A stretch of 64,000 nucleotides of DNA from an uncultured Gammaproteobacteria bacterium (GTDB taxonomy: Bacteria; Tectomicrobia; Entotheonellia; Entotheonellales; Entotheonellaceae). The notes beneath the pieces are model-generated. The model saw only the letters and a program-made list of their open reading frames with translations, was not told the DNA's origin and searched no databases. The DNA is taken from positions 28,761 through 92,760 of the forward strand of contig CAVZBC010000079.1 in NCBI GenBank assembly GCA_963773125.1. Direction: 5' to 3'. The translations under genes and the position numbers were made by a program. This document shows positions 1 to 10,231 of the stretch, in pieces; position 1 is the stretch's first letter, and every line of letters starts with the position of its first letter.

Positions 1-180
1 TTCAAGACTCAGTCTATGGCAATCTTCAAGTGATATTCCCCCTTCTGTATCAACAAAAACCCGAACCAACCATCTTCCTTTACGTTGCTGCAGTTGCAAC
101 TCAACAAGGTCGAAACCCTGAACTTGGAGCAGAGGTTCTACAAAATCAGTAACACTCTGAAGGAGCATGTCGCGATACAT
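1..180 (-). CDS. rimP: Ribosome maturation factor RimP, N-terminal part (gene runs off the window start)
   Basis: Minus-strand translation from ATG 178-180 gives MYRDMLLQSVTDFVEPLLQVQGFDLVELQLQQRKGRWLVRVFVDTEGGISLEDCHRLS. This fits the RimP N-terminal pattern (GFeLV, LrVfvD, gi.leDC). It is absent from the ORF track because it is truncated. Confidence 0.6.
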   Translation of the reverse strand, partial: MYRDMLLQSVTDFVEPLLQVQGFDLVELQLQQRKGRWLVRVFVDTEGGISLEDCHRLSLE

Positions 181-198
181 GGGAATGCGGAGGTAATG

Positions 199-225
199 AA
201 AAAAAAAGTGGGCGAAACGCCCACT
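199..225 (-). terminator. Rho-independent terminator downstream of rseP
   Basis: Perfect 8-bp stem AGTGGGCG / CGCCCACT (207-214 / 218-225) with a 3-nt loop. On the minus strand it is followed by a run of 8 T (plus-strand A run 199-206). Confidence 0.7.
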
Positions 226-338
226 AACACAAGTGGTTATATTCTTATATAACTATGACAAAGATTAGAGACTATTGCAAGGGAAAATCCTCTGCACCGA
301 AAATACGGACTGGGATTGGGTAAACACTTTATTCGGGA

Positions 339-1409
339 TTAGTTAAGGAAAAAGAGATTCATAACGTCATTATAAAAAGCAAAGAGCATGAGGCCAACCA
401 GGATGAGTAGACCAACTTGTTGTGCAATCTCCCGTTTCCGGAGACTCAAGGGTTTGCCATTAATAAACTCAATAAGAAAAAAGAGGAGATGCCCGCCGTC
501 TAATACCGGGATTGGGAAGAGATTCAAGATTGCTAGGCTTACGCTAATCCCAGCTGTAAAAAAGAGGACATTCCGCCACCCATAATCGGCTTGTCGGCCA
601 ATCTCCCGGGCGATCCCGAGAGGCCCTGCCAGGCTTTCGGTAGCTGGGATGGCGCCCGAAAGTATTTTCCCAAAACCAATAACGCTGAGCTTCGTAATTC
701 TCCAAGTCCAGGCAAAGCCTTGCCACAGAGCAATGAGAGGATTACTCCGTTCAACAATGATTTCTCCAGGCCGTAGCTCAACACCGATCCGCCATTCTTG
801 CGACGCGGGGTCTAGCTGGGGAGTGAGAGGCAGGGTCAGGCCTTGCCCTCCACGCGTGACTTCCAGTATGAGAGAATGCCCTTCGCTTGCAGTGATTTTG
901 GCTTTCAGCTCATGAATCCGTTGAATCGGAACACCATCAAGGGCTACTATAATATCGTCCGTGCGTAAACCCGCTTGAGCGGCTGCAGAGTCGTCCATCA
1001 CTCTGCCCACTTGTACAGATTTCTCGACAGGAAGCCCCACAATATGTATAAAAGCAATGAGTACAACGGCGAACAACAAATTGAAAAATGGGCCCGCTGC
1101 CACGATAAGTGTACGTATCCACAATGGTTGATGAAGAAATGAGCCTTCCGGGTTGCTCACTTCTTCGTCGGGGGTCTCGCCATACATTTTCACGTACCCC
1201 CCCAAGGGGACTGCTGACACGCGGTACTCTGTCCCTCCCCATTGTCTATGCCATAGCGCGGGGCCAAACCCGAGGGAGAATCGTTCGACGTGCACTCGCG
1301 ACTTTTTGGCAAAGATAAAATGCCCGAATTCGTGCACGAAAATAAGTGCCCCAAGCACGATAATAAAGAGAAGGCCTGTCTCGAAGAACCCTGCTATTGT
1401 CACCTGCAA
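339..1409 (-). CDS. rseP: RIP site-2 zinc metalloprotease RseP (M50 family)
   Basis: 356-aa ORF with the HExxH motif in a TM segment (FVHEFGHFIFAKK), a central PDZ-like region and the C-terminal NLFPIPVLDGGH motif. The annotated start codon is TTG; a GTG two codons downstream is also possible. Confidence 0.9.
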   Translation of the reverse strand: MQVTIAGFFETGLLFIIVLGALIFVHEFGHFIFAKKSRVHVERFSLGFGPALWHRQWGGTEYRVSAVPLGGYVKMYGETPDEEVSNPEGSFLHQPLWIRTLIVAAGPFFNLLFAVVLIAFIHIVGLPVEKSVQVGRVMDDSAAAQAGLRTDDIIVALDGVPIQRIHELKAKITASEGHSLILEVTRGGQGLTLPLTPQLDPASQEWRIGVELRPGEIIVERSNPLIALWQGFAWTWRITKLSVIGFGKILSGAIPATESLAGPLGIAREIGRQADYGWRNVLFFTAGISVSLAILNLFPIPVLDGGHLLFFLIEFINGKPLSLRKREIAQQVGLLILVGLMLFAFYNDVMNLFFLN

Positions 1410-1454
1410 AATCCACTCCCTTGTTGCAATTGGACTACTCTGTCATACAATACA

Positions 1455-2135
1455 TCATTTCTGCCCCGAAAAATCTGTAGGTGTTAAGACTTCTGTGTCC
1501 GGAGGAAGGGAGAGTTCAAACGTTTGGGAGGGTAAAGCAGCGTGAGTCTGGAGCGCTTCTAGGCGTATTTCGGTAATATTCCCAATGGTATCGTGAATGA
1601 TAAGGTATTCTATAAAGTAGTTTTGTGCATTCACTACAATTTGCAGTTCGGTAAAGCTCGCCTGAGGAGAATGGGGTAGCAGGCGGAGACTCCTGCTGCC
1701 TGTCTGAGTATTGGGTAACAGTGAAATCGTAAATGCTTCCCGAAGTTTACCTACTCCGGCTAAAAAAAGCAACGCAACATTGCGACGGTTGTCTTCATCG
1801 ATCTTGCTCTGGAGGACTTGACGTCGTCTCGGTGTGTAGATACGGAGGATATTCCCATCGTAAAGAATTGTCTGAGAGTCAGGTTGTGTGTATTCCCAGC
1901 GGATATGATGTGGCTTTTCAATATACAGACGCCCAGCCGAAGTTTGCTGTCGGTCTATCGATGTTAAAGTGGCCACTTGAATAAACTCAGCTGTTAGGGC
2001 TGGGGTGCGATCATAGTTCGCTTGAATACGGTCAATCAGTGGGTTGACATCTTCAACACTACCACCAGAGGTCTCTACTACTCCAAGGATGACGCATAAT
2101 AAGATTACACAGAACCCAAGGTTTACACATCTCAT
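1455..2135 (-). CDS. LolA-like outer-membrane lipoprotein carrier protein
   Basis: 226-aa ORF with an N-terminal signal peptide and a LolA-type core (RLYIEKPHHIRWEYTQPDSQTILYDGNILRIYTPRRRQV). Confidence 0.6.
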   Translation of the reverse strand: MRCVNLGFCVILLCVILGVVETSGGSVEDVNPLIDRIQANYDRTPALTAEFIQVATLTSIDRQQTSAGRLYIEKPHHIRWEYTQPDSQTILYDGNILRIYTPRRRQVLQSKIDEDNRRNVALLFLAGVGKLREAFTISLLPNTQTGSRSLRLLPHSPQASFTELQIVVNAQNYFIEYLIIHDTIGNITEIRLEALQTHAALPSQTFELSLPPDTEVLTPTDFSGQK

Positions 2136-2205
2136 GATGGATGGCTTTCGTATCTAATGGAGAATACAGGCATGCAGCTCCTCATCGACGAAGCATCTTG
2201 AGGGC

Positions 2206-3085
2206 TCACACCGTTTGTAGAGCCGCGTGGAGTTTTTGTACCAATGCGATATTTTCAGTATGTCCGGTCATATTCGCCCGTATGTGTCCTCGGAGTGGTT
2301 TGCCCAATAAGTAGAAGTCTCCAATAATGTCAAGAACTTTATGACGAGCAAATTCGTCTGGGAAACGGAGTTGAACACTATTGACGATCTTTTCGTCGTC
2401 AATGAGGATGACGTTATTGAACCGTCCGCCCTCCACCAATCCTAGGGCGTGCATTTTCTCTACATCTCTTAAAAAGGCAAAAGTTCGTGCCGGCGCAATG
2501 TCTCGCCGATAACTTGAGCCGTCTTGATGCTCGTAGGTAATTTCTTGCATGCCGAGTGGTTTGGGATAACGTAAACAATACGATACCCGAAAACCGTCGT
2601 AGGGCTCTACGAGAATATATTTGGCATCGGGCTGCAGGTCGCCTACATGGTAACAGCGGTCGACAACAAATTCTTCCACAGCCATGTTTTGCTCTTCAAC
2701 CCCTCCTTCTTCAATGAGCTGGCAGAAGTCGGCGGCAGACCCATCCATAATGGGGATCTCATCGCTGATTTTAATGAGTAGATTTGAAATGCGATAGGCA
2801 TGCAGGACTGACATGATGTGCTCGATAGTTCTCGCGGCAATCCTCCCTTTTCGGAGACTGGTGCAGAAATCAGTCGATTCGACAAAGTCGATCGACGCTG
2901 GCAAGGTTTCGCCAGAGGTAATGTTACTGAAGATAATACCACTGTTAGGAGGCAAAGGAGACAATATCATGCCAGTCTTTAGACCCGATTGGAGTCCTTG
3001 CCCGTGCAGGACTACACTGCGACGCAGCGTCCGTTGATTAGACTGATATGATGGTGGCGTAGAAGTGGGCGCCTGGTCAGCCACA
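2206..3085 (-). CDS. lpxC: UDP-3-O-acyl-N-acetylglucosamine deacetylase LpxC
   Basis: The C-terminal ~290 aa of ORF 2206..3381 are LpxC-like, from QRTLRRSVVLHGQGLQSGLKTGMILSPLPPNSGIIF (compare E. coli KQRTLKRIV.ATGVGLHTGKKV) through to HK.LD.IGD and the HxxN tail. The likely own start is GTG 3083-3085. There is no in-frame stop between it and the upstream regulator remnant. Confidence 0.85.
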
Positions 3086-4407
3086 TGAATGCGTTGTCGT
3101 AACACCCGCGCTGACCTGCTGGCGTGGGGCAGTATCGGCAGTCTCTCGGCTCTGGCGATTTTGGTAGTACGGCACACTAGATTCCCAGGCGCGTCGCGCC
3201 TCATTGTGAGTAAGGCTTCTCGGGGAGGAGAAGGCAGCCTCAAGTTATGGGCAGAACGGAGCGCTAGGGGTATGTCCGACAAACTCAGACGATTTCCTGT
3301 CGTAGTATAGACCATCTGTTTAAGAGTATGCTTGAACTCTTGAACGTTCCCCGGCCAAGAGTAATGGACGAGGGTTGCCATCCCTCATCGTCAATTTCTC
3401 TCGGCGAAGGACACCGTACATACGTAAAAAATGTTGGACGAGAAGGGGGATGTCGGTTTTGTGATCACGTAGGGGAGGCGTTTCGATGTAAAGTTGCTGG
3501 AGACAAGTAGCGAGAGCGGGCAGAATCCCCCTGCTTTGTTGGGTACTAGGGGAATTTGTCGTATAGGAAGCAACGATACGGATATTGAAAGGAATCGGGA
3601 TTTTTCCTCCTACTCGTGTAATGGTAGAGGTTTCGAGTGCTTGGAGAAGCTTTTCCTGCGTTTCCAGAGGCAGATGGTGTAGTTCGTCGAGAAAAAGGGT
3701 GCCTCCGTTGGCAAGCTCCAAATATCCTTTGGTTGGTGTATGTTGCCAATCGTCAGGAATGCCGATGCAGCCGAACAGCCTACGGGCTGCGTTAGATTCT
3801 GTTAGGCTGATACATTTACAGCGCACATAAGGGCCTTCACGGCGTTCACTGCCATTATGCAGCAAGGCGAGCGATGAGTGCCTTGCCACTACCTTCCTCT
3901 CCCTGAATAAGGACAGGAGTATCAGACTGCCATGCTTGTTCTAGAGAATACCGAAGCGCATGTATCTGGAAAGATTCACCTACCAGTAAATGCGATTGAT
4001 ACGGACTCGCTTGCTGCGACAAGCTGCATCAAGCCTTGTTGACGTCGATTCAAAGCCTGCTTCACGGTGAGAAGTAGACGGTCGAGAGAGAGCGGTTTCT
4101 CGACATAATCGAACGCTCCGAGTTTAGTCGCTCTGACTGCGGTTTCAATACTGCCGTGTCCCGACATGACAATTACCTCAGTCTCTGCGTACTGTGCCTT
4201 CAGAGCCTGCAGGGTTTCGATACCATCCATGCCGGGGAGCCAAACATCGAGAAGTACCAAATCTGGGGACTCGGTATGAATCAAATGCAAAGCCTGCTCG
4301 CCATCGCGCGCGCACGAGACCTCAAAGCCTTCATTACGCAGGAGTCCCGCGAGGGTCCGCACAATACTTTCTTCGTCATCTACAATGAGAATATGACTGT
4401 TATACAT
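3077..4407 (-). pseudogene. Sigma54-dependent NtrC-family response regulator, broken by at least 3 frameshifts
   Basis: The protein is spread over four frames:
- Receiver domain: ORF 3976..4407 (ILIVDDE.., D in LLDVWLPGMDG).
- Linker and Walker A, in a second frame at ~3868-3985: LVGESFQIHALRYSLEQAWQSDTPVLIQGEEGSGK.
- Rest of the AAA+ domain: ORF 3320..3889 (GGTLFLDELHHLP).
- WPGNVQEF and the HTH-like tail: frame of ORF 2206..3381.
The lower boundary is uncertain; one frame has a TGA at 3077-3079. Confidence 0.65.
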
Positions 4408-4544
4408 GCAGTCCTTTCATCTCAGAGTTCATAGTTGCAATTTAAAAACGCTACTCGGTGGCGAATTGTTTCCGTTTGATAGCCATTCATTCCCCTTATT
4501 ACAGAAAGCGCGGGCTCAGGGAGTAGAGTTCCATGTGCGTAGGA

Positions 4545-4888
4545 TTAAGTGATAGGTAATTCGATGAGAAACGTTGCACCAGCAGCATGCCGGTGTTTCA
4601 CCACCTTGATGAAACCGCAGTGGTCTGTAAGGATGCGGCATACCAGGCTAAGCCCAAGTCCTGTGCCGTGTTGTTTGGTCGAAAAATATGGCTCAAAGAT
4701 TTTCCCCCGAAATTGGTCAGGAATCCCAGGCCCTGTACCGCGTATCTCCACTTGCACTCTCTGCTGAGCTAAATTACAGCAAGTTCTGATATAGATAGTC
4801 CCTCTCCCCTGCATGGCGTGAACGGCATTTTCAATAAGATTGATAAAGACACGCTTGATTTGCTCAGGTACGAATCAACGCGAGAAAT
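4545..4888 (-). pseudogene. Sensor histidine kinase, C-terminal HATPase fragment
   Basis: Contains N-box EQIKRVFINLIENAVHA, G1 GTGPGIP and G2 GTGLGLSLV. There is an in-frame TGA at 4875-4877. No DHp/H-box is present upstream, and the fragment abuts the IS end. Confidence 0.7.
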
Positions 4889-6250
4889 GGGCGTAAATTA
4901 CTCAAAGTTGACAGGTATTGAGCATGCCATCACGCTGCCGTGCGCCTCTGAAGCCACTTTCGAGCGAGTCGTGTGGCCGAACGGTGGCACTGTTCCTCGA
5001 TGACTTCCCACGCCAACGCCCGTTGCAAGGCAAACGCGCTCCAGGGTTGGTCCGCAGGCACTTCGTGTGCCTTGAGCCGCAGCAACAGCAAGTAGGCCAT
5101 AATCGAGATGGCGATCGAGCGTTCGACACGCCCCACGTCTTTAGTGACTTGATGCTGACCCATGCCCACGACGCCCTTGAGTTCTCGGAACAGCAGCTCT
5201 GCCCACCCCCTGCGCAGGTAGATCGCCACGATTTGACGCGCACTGACGGTCTCGGGCAGATTGGTCACCAGCAGTTTGGTCTGTTTCGGCCCGTCGTTGT
5301 GCCGACATTTGCTCAAGACAAGGGTGACGTCTCCCAGATGCCGAAGCTGCACGCGTTTGGCAAACACCCAGAAGGTGCGGCGCCGCTGCCCCGTGACCGT
5401 GGGCAAGCGGATGCGCTGGTAGTGCCACCGTGGCAGATGCGTCACCAGCGCTTTGAGACTTTTGCCATCTTCGCATTTCCAGCTCCGGGCAATAGCAAAC
5501 ACGTACCAGTAATCCAGGGCTTGAATGAGACGCATATTGGCTCTGGAGGCCTACGCCGCATCGGCCACGACGATCACTTCTCGACACCACGCCGGAGGAC
5601 GGAAGTTGCACAGCATCTGCCTGAACACGGCATTTTCGGGCTGATAGTCGGGAGTGTCTTTGCGCCGCACCAGGGCAAAGTCGACCGGAATCCGGTACAC
5701 GTGCCAGTGGGCCAGCAACACCACGATGCGAAAGCCGAAGACGTAGGGATGGGGCTGACTGAGCCGGGTTTTGTAGGCCACGGGATGCTTGGCGCCGCGT
5801 TTGCCCTTGAGCGTGCTGTTGGCGATGAGATATAGGAGGCCATCGTCGGGTGGCGGAAAGGCCCGCATGACCTGCTCGGCGAACCACCAGAGCAGGGTTT
5901 TGCTGCACCAGTACGCCGCCCAGAGGAGCCGGCGGTAGTGCTGGGAGGCTAGGTGCGTGGGGCCATGCCGTGCCAGGGCTTGCACATTGGCCCGCTGGCC
6001 ATAGATGAGATGGAGGACCAGCAGCCAACAGAAAATCAGGTGATGCCGGTGGCGAAAACAGGGCTTTCACACTCCTAGGCACTGCGTTACGCGGTGCGGT
6101 AGACACGTCAGGGACATGGCTCGAGTCTCCCGTGGGGTACTTGGTCGATCGGGCAAAATCAGCCAAGTATTCCCGGGATGGCTCGGCCTGTAAAGGGATT
6201 ACGCAATCAGACATTACTCAACCTGTCATCTTTGAGTACATTAGATGCCT
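4889..6250 (-). mobile_element. IS4-superfamily (IS4/IS701-like) insertion sequence, ~1.36 kb, apparently non-functional
   Basis: Imperfect terminal inverted repeats: 4899-4925 TACTCAAAGTTGACAGGTATTGAGCAT versus the reverse complement of ~6212-6238 TACTCAAAGATGACAGGTTGAGTAAT. Weaker similarity extends ~10 nt further out on each side. A single DDE transposase gene fills the interior. Ends are good to about +/-10 nt. No clean target-site duplication was found. Confidence 0.75.
4930..6214 (-). pseudogene. DDE transposase (IS4-type Y-2-R-3-E-6-K signature) with one frameshift and one in-frame TAG
   Basis: ORFs 5551..5985 and 4930..5535 are in the same frame, separated only by TAG at 5551-5553 (VVADAA*ASRANM), where this family normally has DxxY. 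The signature YLRRGWAELLFRELK is present. The N-terminal ~50 codons (MSDCVIPLQAEPSREYLADF..) lie in another frame, with the shift near 6055-6075. Confidence 0.75.
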
Positions 6251-6890
6251 CGAATACTTGGCGATAAGACCGCCTAGACAGCCAGCCGCTGAGATTTCGA
6301 GAAGGTCGGCAGCGGCTGTGTTTACAGTTGTCACTCATCCGTGACTGTCGAAAGATATCACGCCGGCAGCAATATCCTCGAGCATGGTTTCCATGCAAGA
6401 GCGTCGACGATCGAGCGCGATGTTCGTAGCTCCGCGTTGGTCTGCTCTATGGCCATTTTACTGCGTCGCAAATCGCGTGTCATCTGATTAAAAGAGGCAA
6501 CAAGCAGACCGAGTTCATCATGGCTCGTTGCATGTAGAATATCGTCCAGATTTCCGTGTGCCACTCGCGGCGGGTACCCTCGGCTAATTGCTCGATCGGA
6601 ATGGTGATGCCCTGCGCCAGGTGCAGTCCCACCCAGATGGTTGAAAACGTGATCAGGAGGGTGATCATAAGAAACGTCATCACATAACTCGTCTTTATGG
6701 GGCCTTTTAGCGTTTTGAGGTGCGTGTAATCATCGAAGGTCCGAAGAATGCATTGCCGCTTTGTGATGAGACCACGGGGGAGATAATAGGTAACAACTAG
6801 GGTCATGCGGTGTGTATGAGAACGACGTAGCACTGGCGCTAGTTTATGCCAGAGGGGTAAGCGTTGTGCTGAGTACCGAGATGTCTTCAT
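6251..6890 (-). pseudogene. Sensor histidine kinase, N-terminal fragment (TM sensor, HAMP, start of PAS)
   Basis: ORF 6480..6890 gives the TM region and the start of HAMP (PIEQLAEGTRR). A 1-nt shift near 6561 leads to VAHGNLDDILHATSHDELGLLVASFNQMTRDL. A further shift leads to the PAS start METMLEDIAAGVISFDSHG, then an in-frame TGA at 6335-6337, then VTTVNTAAADLLEIS. The sequence then runs into the IS inverted repeat. Confidence 0.65.
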
Positions 6891-7021
6891 TGAGCGTGTA
6901 TGGACAGATGGGTGAGTGACAAGTATTTCAGTACGTTATGTACATACTATAGGAGGTTGACGCGAAAGAGCAAGCCTTTTCACAGATCTATGAGCCCTGA
7001 GGTTGACAGTTGTGAGCGCGG

Positions 7022-9714
7022 TTAAGGGAATCGCCGCGCTTCATTTTGCAACTCAGCGAGCTTGTTCAGCGCTTCAAGTGGCGAAAGTTGGTCCAAACAT
7101 AGGGTCCGGAGGTGATGCAAGAGTTGGGAAGCCAGGTTATCAAAGAGGGATAATTGTTGTGTGACTGGGGGTACTGTGGACGAGTGCGGGGAAGGATGGT
7201 TGCCTGACTGCACATGAGCGGGAGGGGCCATGGACTCAAAGTTGGTGAGTAATTGACGTGCCCGCTCGAGCACCGTGGCAGGGAGACCTGCGAGGCGGGC
7301 GACCTGGATGCCGTAGCTACGATCGGCACTTCCTGGAAGAATTTTGCGGAGGAAGACAATTTTATCCCCCCACTCTCGCACGGCGGCATTGTAGTTACAC
7401 ACACGTTCTAAAGGGGCTGCCAGGACGGTTAACTCATGATAGTGTGTGGCAAACAACGTGCGTGGACGAATATCTGCCTGCTCATGTAAGTGCTCAATGA
7501 CGGCCCAGGCAATGCTCATCCCGTCGTAGGTGCTCGTCCCTCGTCCAACTTCATCGAGCAGGACGAGACTCCGAGAGGTTGCGTTATGCAGAATGTTCGC
7601 TGTTTCAGTCATTTCTACCATGAACGTACTTTGCCCTTTCGCCAGGAGATCTTGGGCCCCTACGCGGGTAAATATCCGGTCAACCAGACCAATGCGGGCC
7701 TCGCGGGCAGGCACAAAACACCCGATTTGCGCCAGCAGTACAATAAGCGCAATCTGCCGCATGTAGGTCGATTTCCCAGCCATATTTGGACCGGTTAATA
7801 GGAGGATCTGTTGCGTATCGCGATCGAGAACGACATCATTTGGCACGAAGCGCTCGTCCTGATAGGTCACCTCTAAAATAGGGTGACGGCCATCCATAAT
7901 GGCGATGACATGACTATCGTCGAGCTGGGGACGACAATACTGGCGTGTCAAAGCTACTTCCGCTAACGCCGTAAGCACGTCGAGTTGACCCAACATCTGG
8001 GCGACATGTTGGATACGCATGGTATGGGAGGCAAGGTGCTCACATAGCTGGCTGTACAGTTGCCGTTCAAGATGGAGCGCCTGTTCTTCGGCTCGTAACA
8101 TTTGCACTTCACGATCTTTGAGGGCTGGAGTGACAAACCGCTCAGCATTGACGAGAGTTTGTTTCCGCACATAGTCCTCAGGGATCTGGGTGAGATGAGA
8201 CTTGCGTACCTCGATGTAATATCCGAAGACTTTGTTGAAACCAATATGTAAAGAGGTAATGCCGGTGCGTTGGCGCTCCTGCACTTCGAACTGGCTCAGC
8301 CAGGTTTTCCCACAGGTACTATAGTCTCGGAGAGAGTCGAGCTCGGCATGATAGCCTGGACGAATGACGTGACCGTCTCGCAGTGTTCCGGGAGGATCAT
8401 CGACGATCGCAGCAGCAATCAATGCCTCAACATCAGCCAGGGAGTCTGACTGTTCGACCAGGGTCATGAGCAGGCGACTTTGGCAGGTACGCAAGCCGGT
8501 TTCTATATCAGGGAGTTTCGCAATGGAGTGCCGAAGCGCCATGAGTTCGCGAGGCGTGACCGTGCCAAGAGACAAGCGACCCAGAATGCGTTCAAGATCG
8601 GCAATGCCTGCTAGCATGTGCTGGAGGTGACTACGGAGGTGCGGAGCCTCTACGAGTTGCGCAATAGCCTCCTGGCGCGCCTGCAAGGGGGAAAGGAGAC
8701 ATAAAGGTTGCGACAGCCATTGCCGCAAGAGACGTCCTCCCATAGCGGTGACTGTCTGGTCAAGAACATGTAACAAGGAACCAGTACGATTCCGCGACAG
8801 TGACGATTGAAATATTTCCAAGTTTCGTCTCGTCACCTCATCGAGCATCATAAAGTCGCTGGTATTATAGAAATGGAGGCCGCGGAGATGTTGTACAGCA
8901 TTTTGTTGGGTCGCGTGGACGTAGGCTAGCAATGCGCCAGCGGCCGAGATAGCGAGGGCGTGGTCTTCACAACCAAAGCCTTCCAGGGTGCGTACGGCGA
9001 ACTGCTGGGTTAACACACTATAGGCTTTAGCAGGGTGAAAATGCTGCGCCTCCCAGGGCTGCACCACGGTTGTGTAAACGTCTCTGCTGTCGCCTCAAAA
9101 ATATCGAGGGCAAAGGGTAAGGGGGTTGGGACCAGAACCTCCCGTGGCTGCACGCGTTCATACTCACGACGGAGAGCCTGTTGCCAGTCAGGAGTGTCCC
9201 AGGTAGTGACAGCAAACGCTCCTGTTGAAATGTCAACGTAGGCGAACCCTGCCCCACTGGTGGTGAATGCCACGCTGGCGAGGAAGTTGTACTCCTTAGG
9301 GGCTAAGGCACCGCCGCTGGTGATAGTGCCCGGCGTGATCAGGCGAATAATATCCCGCTTTACAAGGCCTTTTGCCTGTGCCGGGTCTTCAACCTGTTCA
9401 CAAATGGCTACCTTAAAACCCTGCTGAATTAAACGATCGATATAGCCATCCGCACTATGGGCGGGGACACCACACATAGGAATCGGCTCATCCTGAAATT
9501 TTTGCCGTGACGTCAACACGATATCCAAGGCTTTTGCCGCTACGACAGCATCCTCATAGAACAATTCGTAAAAGTCTCCCATGCGGAAAAGGAGGAGCGC
9601 CTCTCCCGCTTTGTCCTTCATGCGGAAGTATTGCTCCAGCATAGGTGTGAGCTGGACAATGTCACTAGCTCGGGGAGCAGTTGGAGGGAATGCAGATTCG
9701 GGCATGATAATCAT
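7022..9714 (-). CDS. mutS: DNA mismatch repair protein MutS (one frameshift in this assembly)
   Basis: The mismatch-binding domain is in ORF 9010..9714 ([21 protein letters not shown]). The core, clamp and ATPase domains are in ORF 7022..9067 ([21 protein letters not shown]). The two ORFs overlap at 9010-9067 in different frames. The span is 2693 nt = 3n-1. Confidence 0.9.
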
Positions 9715-9761
9715 CCTAACTCTGGTTGCTTTAGCGCTCTCCGGGCGCTGTAGCCGGCAAC

Positions 9762-10199
9762 TTAGCGCTGTAGGTATTGCATGACTTCCGCTTCGAGCGC
9801 TTCCATACGTCGCCGTTCTGGGAGTGACTGATCGTGGTCGTAGCCAAGCAGATGAAGTAGCCCATGTATGATGAGGAAGGTGACTCGCTCTTCAAGAGAT
9901 TGCTGCAGGTGGTACGCTTCACGCCCCGCTATCGGTAAAGAAACGATCACATCGCCCAGCAAGGGACTGACTGGTGCGTTTGCACAGATGCCTGACTGAG
10001 GAAACGCCAGCACATTGGTTGGACGATCTTGCTGACGGTAGTCTCGGTTCAGCGTCTGCAAGAGTCGATCGCTGCCAAATACGACGCTGAGTTCACGATC
10101 GGCACAGCCGAGATAGGTCATGGCCCGTTGTACATGGCGCTTGATCGTTGCCGTACAAATGACAATGGTACGCTGACGGTTTTGTATAGCAATAGTCAT
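9762..10199 (-). CDS. ybeY: rRNA maturation endoribonuclease YbeY
   Basis: 145-aa ORF with the [11 protein letters not shown] zinc-binding motif. It sits next to phoH, as usual. Confidence 0.9.
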   Translation of the reverse strand: MTIAIQNRQRTIVICTATIKRHVQRAMTYLGCADRELSVVFGSDRLLQTLNRDYRQQDRPTNVLAFPQSGICANAPVSPLLGDVIVSLPIAGREAYHLQQSLEERVTFLIIHGLLHLLGYDHDQSLPERRRMEALEAEVMQYLQR

Positions 10200-10231
10200 A
10201 CGAGATGCTGTCTACCGTTATGACAGGGCTG

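Noticed and set aside
196-252. An 18-codon plus-strand mini-ORF (MKKKVGETPTNTSGYILI) right after a GGAGG
   Set aside because: The GGAGG is only 2 nt from the ATG. The sequence is fully explained as the rseP terminator hairpin and its A/T tract read on the other strand.
2206-3381. A 391-aa ORF that looks like a natural fusion of a sigma54-activator C-terminus with LpxC
   Set aside because: The upstream part is one piece of a regulator that is already broken into several frames. LpxC homology begins at a normal N-terminus (QRTLRR..), with a usable GTG at 3083-3085. A missing stop in a frameshift-ridden gene is a simpler explanation than a real fusion.
4918-5835. A long plus-strand ORF (305 aa) antisense to the transposase. 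Similar long antisense ORFs occur at 27931..28905, 39678..40484, 44468..45037, 45138..45653, 52469..53254 and 57034..57579.
   Set aside because: All lie opposite genes with unmistakable homology. They have low-complexity Arg/Pro/Gly/Ala-rich translations typical of GC-rich shadow frames, and they lack RBS or start context.
5141-6214. A 357-aa minus-strand ORF covering most of the IS element
   Set aside because: Only its first ~50 codons (MSDCVIPLQAEPSREYLADF..) are plausibly real, as the transposase N-terminus. The rest is a Pro/Ala/Arg/Gly-rich out-of-frame shadow of the true transposase frame (ORFs 5551..5985 and 4930..5535), which carries the family signatures.
4889-6250. Target-site duplication flanking the IS
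   Set aside because: The flanks (..CGAGAAAT versus TCGAATAC..) show only loose similarity. Given the inferred adjacent deletion, a duplication is not expected, so none is claimed.
4875-6337. In-frame TGA codons in the kinase fragments as evidence of TGA recoding or an alternative genetic code
   Set aside because: Many clearly intact genes in the window terminate at TGA at the expected protein end (for example lpxC and thpR). TGA is therefore a normal stop here.
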